A stretch of DNA of 64,000 nucleotides, taken from positions 37,510,001 through 37,574,000 of the forward strand of contig OX597818.1 in NCBI GenBank assembly GCA_951406725.2. The letters run 5' to 3'. A program made the position numbers and the translations under genes. Within the stretch, counting starts at the first letter, position 1; each line of letters starts with the position of its first letter. A model generated the notes under the pieces. It saw only the letters and a list, made by a program, of their open reading frames with translations, was not told where the DNA came from and ran no database searches. Source of the stretch: Octopus vulgaris (taxonomy: Eukaryota). Of the stretch, positions 57,233-64,000 are shown piece by piece.

Positions 57233-57255
57233 CTTAGTAATTTTAATATTTCTAT

Positions 57256-57291
<36 letters not shown>

Positions 57292-57311
57292 CTTAGTAAT
57301 TTTAATATTTC

Positions 57312-57342
<31 letters not shown>

Positions 57343-57380
57343 ACGGGAAGCTTTATGAAAATAAACAATATATATATATA

Positions 57381-57607
57381 CAGGGCGGCCCAAAATTAGG
57401 TTTACAGTTATCACGTAGGCACTTTAAATTTCTTTTAAAACATTTTATTACATTTAAATTTCTATCTTACAAAGTGAAAGGGGAGCTTGACAAAATTAAA
57501 CTAGCATAGAATAATGGTTTCATTTTTTAAAACTAAGATCTAAACTGTTTATATATGAATGCGAAAGAGATAGTTGAATAACTGTAAACCTACTTTTGGA
57601 CCACCCC

Positions 57608-57608
<1 letters not shown>
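57381..57608. mobile_element. Tc1/mariner MITE (228 bp) in (TA)n
   Basis: ~31-bp TIRs CAGGGCGGCCCAAAATTAGGTTTACAGTTAT and ATAACTGTAAACCTACTTTTGGACCACCCCG; TA TSD. Confidence 0.9.
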
Positions 57609-57665
<57 letters not shown>

Positions 57666-58328
57666 CCACCCATAATTGGAAAGAACTCACCCAACAAGAA
57701 CTCACTACTTAAACAAAACTTGACTTAAACAGGTGGTGCTATTAAGTTAGACATGGCCTGGACCAATCTTTGGTCGAAACATATCTAAGTTATCTAAGTT
57801 ATATATGAGTACGGTACACATACAAAAACAATCATTTGAAGAGAAATATTATTAGGGAAGAGATAAGAATAAATTTTTAGCTTTTAACTTGAATAAAAAT
57901 TGTAATTATTGGCTCGACACATTACATCTAGTCTGATCGTTATCCCACATACTAAGATGCCGTTCCTGTTAATGCATGGAGTCTTGGACAGTTAAGGGAG
58001 TAGTTGCCTCGCTATTTGACCTAATTTTTCTTATTGTCATATAGTTTTCCTATTATAGACGTTGCAAATTTTAATTTTTCTTTTCTGGGAATGTAGTAGA
58101 CTTTTTTTCTCTCCTGTATCTAAGCATCAAGTCCAACGTAATCTCTACGATACCTTCTGGTTTTATTGCCTTCACTTCGAACAGAGGATCTCTTTCTAAC
58201 GATTCTGAACAAGTGTGATGCTGTATACTATGTGCACTGTACGTTCAATAAAATTACGTACCACAGTGGTGGTGATTGACAGGAAAAGTGATCGCGAAAA
58301 TAAATTATTTCTAAAAGCAATTTATTTC

Positions 58329-58402
<74 letters not shown>

Positions 58403-59506
58403 TTGTCTGTCTCTTTGTCTGTATCACTCTTTCTCTCAACGTCTCCCTCTCTCTCTCTTTCTCTCTTACTATATAAAAACCTCATCCGGTCATGAATGAC
58501 TGTTAGATTGCACCTAGAAAGTTACCCTCCAAGGCCCAAGTCCGGGCAAGTTTGTTCATGGAAGACCAGCAGTCGCACATGCATACCATACCTGTTCACA
58601 CCACTGAAGTTATCCAAGGGAAAGGAAAGACAAAGGTCGATACAGCTTGGCACCAGTGATGCCGCAACTCATTTTTGCAGCTAAGTGCTTCATAGCAACA
58701 ATCACCAGATATTATAGGTTAACCATCCGTATAAATGGCCCATATCAAATTTTAATACAACAGTTGGAGAATATCTAACCTATAAGCTATGCGAATATGG
58801 TAATGTGTGTTGATCTGACTACAAATACTAATGTTTTATGACTGTCCCTTCCCCCAAATTTTGGCCATCCATTACCCCTACTTCTATTAACCCATCTTAA
58901 CCCAGGTTAACCCTGTCGAAATTTTGAAGATAGTTATATAAATAGGGATAACAAACATACGGAAGCGTCCAGTTAACCTTTATTGCAGTAAATAAACCAA
59001 ATACAATGGTTGAATAAGTACAAGCACTATTTTGCATCCAGTTAACCTCTATTGCTGTAAATAAACCAACGAGGACAGTGATATGGGTTAAGATAAACTG
59101 AAAAAGTCCGTTTTGTATTTCACGGTAGGCGACCAAGGTTGCCGGATATGCAAATACGAATACAAAAGTTAAGGAATGGAATAGATAAGATCCGGGCTGT
59201 ATATGTTTGATTGCGAGTGGAACCTCGGAAGTGGTTAAATATCTTAGCGAGGTGTATACTGCTGGCTACTCGTCAGGCCAAAGGTGTCTTGATTGAATGA
59301 AAGCTTACATTGTCGAAAGGAGGTACTTGTTAGCACATGGCTGGATCGATCAGAATGTGTAGAGAGCACAGTAAGAATAGAGAATATGAATGTGTGTGTG
59401 TGTCTAATTAATAATATCAGGGTAATAAACATTTTAGAAATTTTTTACTACTTGTGGCCTAGCGTGTAGAAAAATTAGTCAATAGACTATATATTATTCA
59501 TATAGA

Positions 59507-59790
59507 TACATTTAAACACATAAGAGGTATCCGTCATAGGATTCCTTTCATGCTAGAAGGAACAGCTAAAGTCCAAACCACTACTAGCGATAAAAAACTC
59601 TCCTGAACCATGGTTTCAAACTTTTTTAGCAGTAAAAAAAGTCTGAAACCATGGTTCAGGAAATAGATGGTAAATGTCTTTAATTTTCATTCTCTTCGAG
59701 TTTTTATCTTTATTAGTTGTTTGGACTTTAGCTGTTCCTTCTAGCGTGAAAGGAATCCTATGACGGATACCTCTTATGTGCTTAAATGTA
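59507..59790. repeat. Nested foldback: ~93-bp outer and ~27-bp inner inverted repeats
   Basis: 59507-59600 vs 59698-59790; 59601-59627 vs 59635-59661. Confidence 0.9.
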
Positions 59791-60207
59791 CACTGTATTT
59801 ATATTTATATATTTATATTTATATATATATATATATATGTATATTTATCGGTTTCTGTATCAAAAATTCCTAAAATATATCCGAATATGTGCAGAATTGT
59901 GAGATGTATCCAAAAATTTATAGTTTCTAGAATTTTCTTAAGTCCAGAATTTCGTAAGTAGAGTTTTTGTAACGCTGGGGGTCATTGTAGTTAAGGTTCA
60001 CTTGTAGTTTATCCAAATTATTTATAGTTCATTCATAACAACTTTGTGCGCAGGTTTAGAAGTTGCATTGCAGCAAGGAAATTTTGGGTTCGATCTCACT
60101 GCACAGCATTTCGGGCAAATATCTTCTACTGTAGCCTTACGTTAATACCTTGTGCGTAATATTTGATAAACGAAAACTGTGTGGGAGCCTGTTGTACGTA
60201 ATACATT

Positions 60208-60549
60208 CTTTTATTCTTTTACTTGTTTCAGTCATTTTGACTGCGGCCATGCTGGACCACCGCCTTTAGTCGAACACATCAACCCCAGGACTTACTCCTT
60301 TTAAGCCTAGTACTTATTCTAAAAGTTATCAAGCCATGATGAGGGAGGGGGAGGAACAAACAGAGATACACACACACACATATATGACGGGCTTCGTTCA
60401 GTTTCCGTCTACCAAATCAACTCACAAGGGTTTGGTCGGCCCGAGGCAATAGTAGAAGACACTTGCCCAAGGTGCCACGCAGTGGGACTGAACCCGGAAC
60501 CACGTGGTTGGGAAGCAAGCTTCTTACCACACAGCCACGCCTGCGCCTA
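60208..60549 (-). mobile_element. SINE family B with internal deletion
   Basis: Homologous to family B. Confidence 0.85.
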
Positions 60550-62359
60550 TGTATATGTTTATGTAAATATGTGCTTGTATACACACACACAGCATCAACT
60601 TATGCACATGCTCGTATTTGTGTATAACGGTGTAAATCGGATCGTCGAATTGCACCACTTTACGTCAAAAAAGTAAATCTTAGCCGTTCTATAAAAAGAA
60701 ATCGATCGAAGTATCAGAATGCAATAAGTATTGGCATGGATATTATTGACAAAAACATACCTCTTAAAGACGATGCTTCAACATGTTTGCAGTCCAATGA
60801 ATGGCGAGAATAAATGTAGAAAAGGGCAAGAGTAATGACCAAACTCTTGTTTGTTATTTTACTAGCTGACGTTGATAGTCAGAGGAAAATCACCACAGCT
60901 CTATATTTTCACCCTCCAACGTTTTGCTTTCAACTGCGAGAGCCTCTTTTTGTATTCGCTCGACTTATTTTGAATACCAAACAGCATTCTACTGACTTGA
61001 AAAAAATAAATAAATAAGGGAATGCTAGATAATGTATTCCTGGATAAACTTTGTCATCAGAAACCACACCCTATCAACTTTAAAAAGGGAGGGTCATATT
61101 GAATGATATATTCTTTGATAAACTATGTCATAAGGAAAACATGCTCTGCTTAGAGGTGGAACAGCGTTGATCACATGTTTGTCAGCTTGATCCGAGTTGT
61201 TTGACTTGAGTTTAAAAATACAACAAATATTGAGTTTTGCATGTAATTTTGGATAGAATAAAGGTTGCTGATGCATACCTCGATGAATCCAATCAGCTGT
61301 AATCTTCTCGTTTTTATAAATACGTGCCTGTACGTATTTATAAAGTACCGGATCTCGCTATTTCATTTATTTATCTTCTTGTTTCGAACTTGATCCCTTA
61401 ACAGGAAAAAATAAGGATAATTTAGATATTCGAAAGAATACAATTTGTTGCTACAATAAGCTTCAACCCTATTAAGTGTATACCAGGACCGACTTGGAAG
61501 TATTATAGGCTCCCCAGCAAATCGAAACACTGGACCCTGTAGTATTTATTTATTGACAGCAAGCCGCGGCATACACATATCAGAATTGGGCCCTTAGACT
61601 CGTGAGGCTCCAGGGTAACTGCCCAGTGTGCCCATACTTTAAGATAGCACTATTATACATCACCTCATATACCCAGGTATCAGGTCTTTAAGAATGAAAG
61701 GTCCGATTTCCTTATGTACCAAGTTTGACAGTCGTAACTCTAATGTTTTATCCTGACAATTCTTTGTTTTACAACATTGAAGAGTTACATCATCACTTTT
61801 CGAAATGCAATTCATGGTGTCTGATTTTATCGTGAGCTTTCTCTTGTAAATCAATTTTTGTGCACCCATGGATAGATAAAAAAATGTGTTGATAATTTAG
61901 GTGCATTGCTTTTTGTTGAGATAAAGTAAAATAAACTTTCAGTTCAAAATCGGACATTTCATTCTTAATGACCTAATTTATGTACAATACCCAGGGCACC
62001 AATAAAGAAACCATGACGTTGTCGCTCGAACTGTTAGAGATAGCAGTAGATCTCTCTCGCTCTCTCTCTCAAATCACATTTTATCTTTTTAAAAAGGAAA
62101 ATGTATATTGGATTGTGTATGTAGTCACAAAAGACGGATGGCCATGGTTAGACTACCTTTGATCATAGGTCAGAGCATAAAACAAGAAAAAGACATTAAA
62201 AGCAAATTAGACCGTAGACTGAACACTTACGACAAAAAAGAAATAAGTAATGACTATTTAATTGAAAAATAAATTAATTCTAACAGTTTAAGTATTAAAC
62301 ACGCTGACGGTAACGACGACAACAACGTTCAGACATAGTCAAATAAATTAGTCAGGAAA

Positions 62360-62880
62360 GATAATGCCTAGGCTAGTAGGTGTTTCCACCTCCCTTCCAA
62401 AGAGCAACTAGAAGAAGCACCCCACGAAATATTGGTAGAAAGTTTTTAGATTAATCGTGGAAAGGCTTACGTGACTGCTGTGTTTTCAGGACCGGGCACT
62501 CAGCCAAAACACAGGCTGAAACAGTTAGATATAGATCTACTCCATCATTTAGAACAGAAAATTATAGAAGTGAAAGCCAAGGGCATTGGCAACAATGTTG
62601 ACCCGTGCTCGTTATCTTTGTTTCGGAGTATAGATGTGTGGTTAGCGCAAGAGTCATTTGAGGCGATATGTGGGAAGGATTAGGATGAACTTTTGAATCT
62701 TAGAATGCACAACATGGCCATACCAGAGATGTGCGTAGTTGAGAGCACCAAAACAAAGGGTATGAGGTTGACGATGTATTTCAAATGGTCTAGTTGTAAT
62801 ATATGTGGCAGTAAAGGCCATTCAAGGGGCTTTTGCATCAAAGAACTGGAAAGGCTAGAAAAGTGGAGGAGTGAGGAAAG
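62360..62880 (+). pseudogene. gag-like ORF1 remnant of a LINE with a zinc knuckle
   Basis: CNICGSKGHSRGFC is CX2CX4HX4C; broken frames; cut off by a SINE-B 3' half at 62881. Confidence 0.65.
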
Positions 62881-64000
62881 CAGCGGTTCGGCAAAAGGAG
62901 ACCAATAGAATAAGTACCAGGATATAGAAATATAAAGAAGTACTGTGGTCGATTTATTCGTCTAAAACCCTTCAAGGCGGTGCTCCAGCATGACCGCAGT
63001 CAAATGACTGCAAAACAAGCAAAAAATAAAAGATAGAAGATTTAATCATTACTAAAGAAAAATGTATGAAAAGATGTGGTTCGTAATTCCGTTTAATTTC
63101 CTCTCTGATACTTAACTAGGTTATAAACTATAAGACAAAAATACCGCTCCCATATAAGCGCTCACGCATATGTATGTATTAATGCTTACATACACACACA
63201 CGCTTAAACGTGCCTCAAGATATTTTGAAAGGTTCAGAAATGTTTGTATAGTCGGATTGAGAGAAAGAAAATGGAAGTTGGAGAGGGAGGAATATAAGGA
63301 CAGTTATATAAACTGCTTAAGAAAGACACACGTACGTACATATGTATGTATGCATGTATGTATGTATGCGTGTGTGTGTGTGTGTGTGTGTATGTATAAA
63401 GATCGCACATTAGTAGTGAATGTGTGGAGGCAATGTTTATCACCGTATTAGATCTTTATAATGCATTAACATTAATGTCACATTGTAGTGAAATTTCCTG
63501 TTTTTGTTTTTGTTTCACTACACGCCTTATTTTTGTATTTTATTAACATATTCAGATCGCGCACGCGTTTGCCGACGACTAGTGTTGATCAAATATCAAG
63601 AACTAAGTAGACTGATACATCACTATTGACATTATTAAACAAAATATAAATATTGACAGAGCAAATTGCAATCTCTCGGCTACTGAACAGACTGAAGTCC
63701 TGTTTTCGTAAACCTTGAGCATTAGTTGTCTGAATGGGGCCACTATGCTTCTGATAAATATGTATCTTTATCGGCTCTGGAAGGATAAAAAACGAAGTTA
63801 ATTTCGGTGGAACATCATCATTATCATCATCATCGTTCTAGCTTCCACTTGGACTGAGTTAATTGAAGCAGATTTTTGCACTTCGAATTGCAGCGACGGC
63901 ACTAAACGCTGCAAAATGTTGCTGCTGTGCTCGACCAAAGTCAGAACCAAAAAGGCTTAATTGGATCAATGCGTATTTAATCAGGAAGGAGAGCATCATA

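Noticed and set aside
57760-57790. GACCAA(UCU)UUGGUC-GAAAC-AUAU hairpin resembling the 3' half of a hammerhead
   Set aside because: No CUGANGA upstream and no proper NUH pairing.
61313-61344. 13-bp AT-rich hairpin
   Set aside because: Short, AT-rich and without supporting context; plausibly chance.

Overview
AT-rich, repeat-dominated eukaryotic non-coding DNA. The SINE families and microsatellite load look like a coleoid cephalopod (Octopus-like); this assignment is inference. I can support no host protein-coding gene, and almost all short ORFs are microsatellite or SINE artefacts. The only long intact ORF (12024-14732) is an R4/Dong-clade non-LTR retrotransposon (RT with YMDD, CCHC knuckle, restriction-like endonuclease), truncated at both ends and sitting in (TAA)n. 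The rest comprises three tRNA-derived SINE families, decayed Penelope-like (RT and GIY-YIG), L1/Tx1, APE-LINE, Tc1/mariner and pogo remnants, MITEs, a non-autonomous Helitron and a solitary 5S rRNA copy. Two signals stand out. (1) There are many hammerhead ribozyme (HHR) motifs from several unrelated short elements: five within 6.5-8.1 kb, a very well-formed one at 45671-45784, and families with the U3:A8 core covariation. (2) A young SINE subfamily appears to insert repeatedly at fixed sites inside copies of its own family, producing duplications of over 100 bp and 184-bp tandem arrays.
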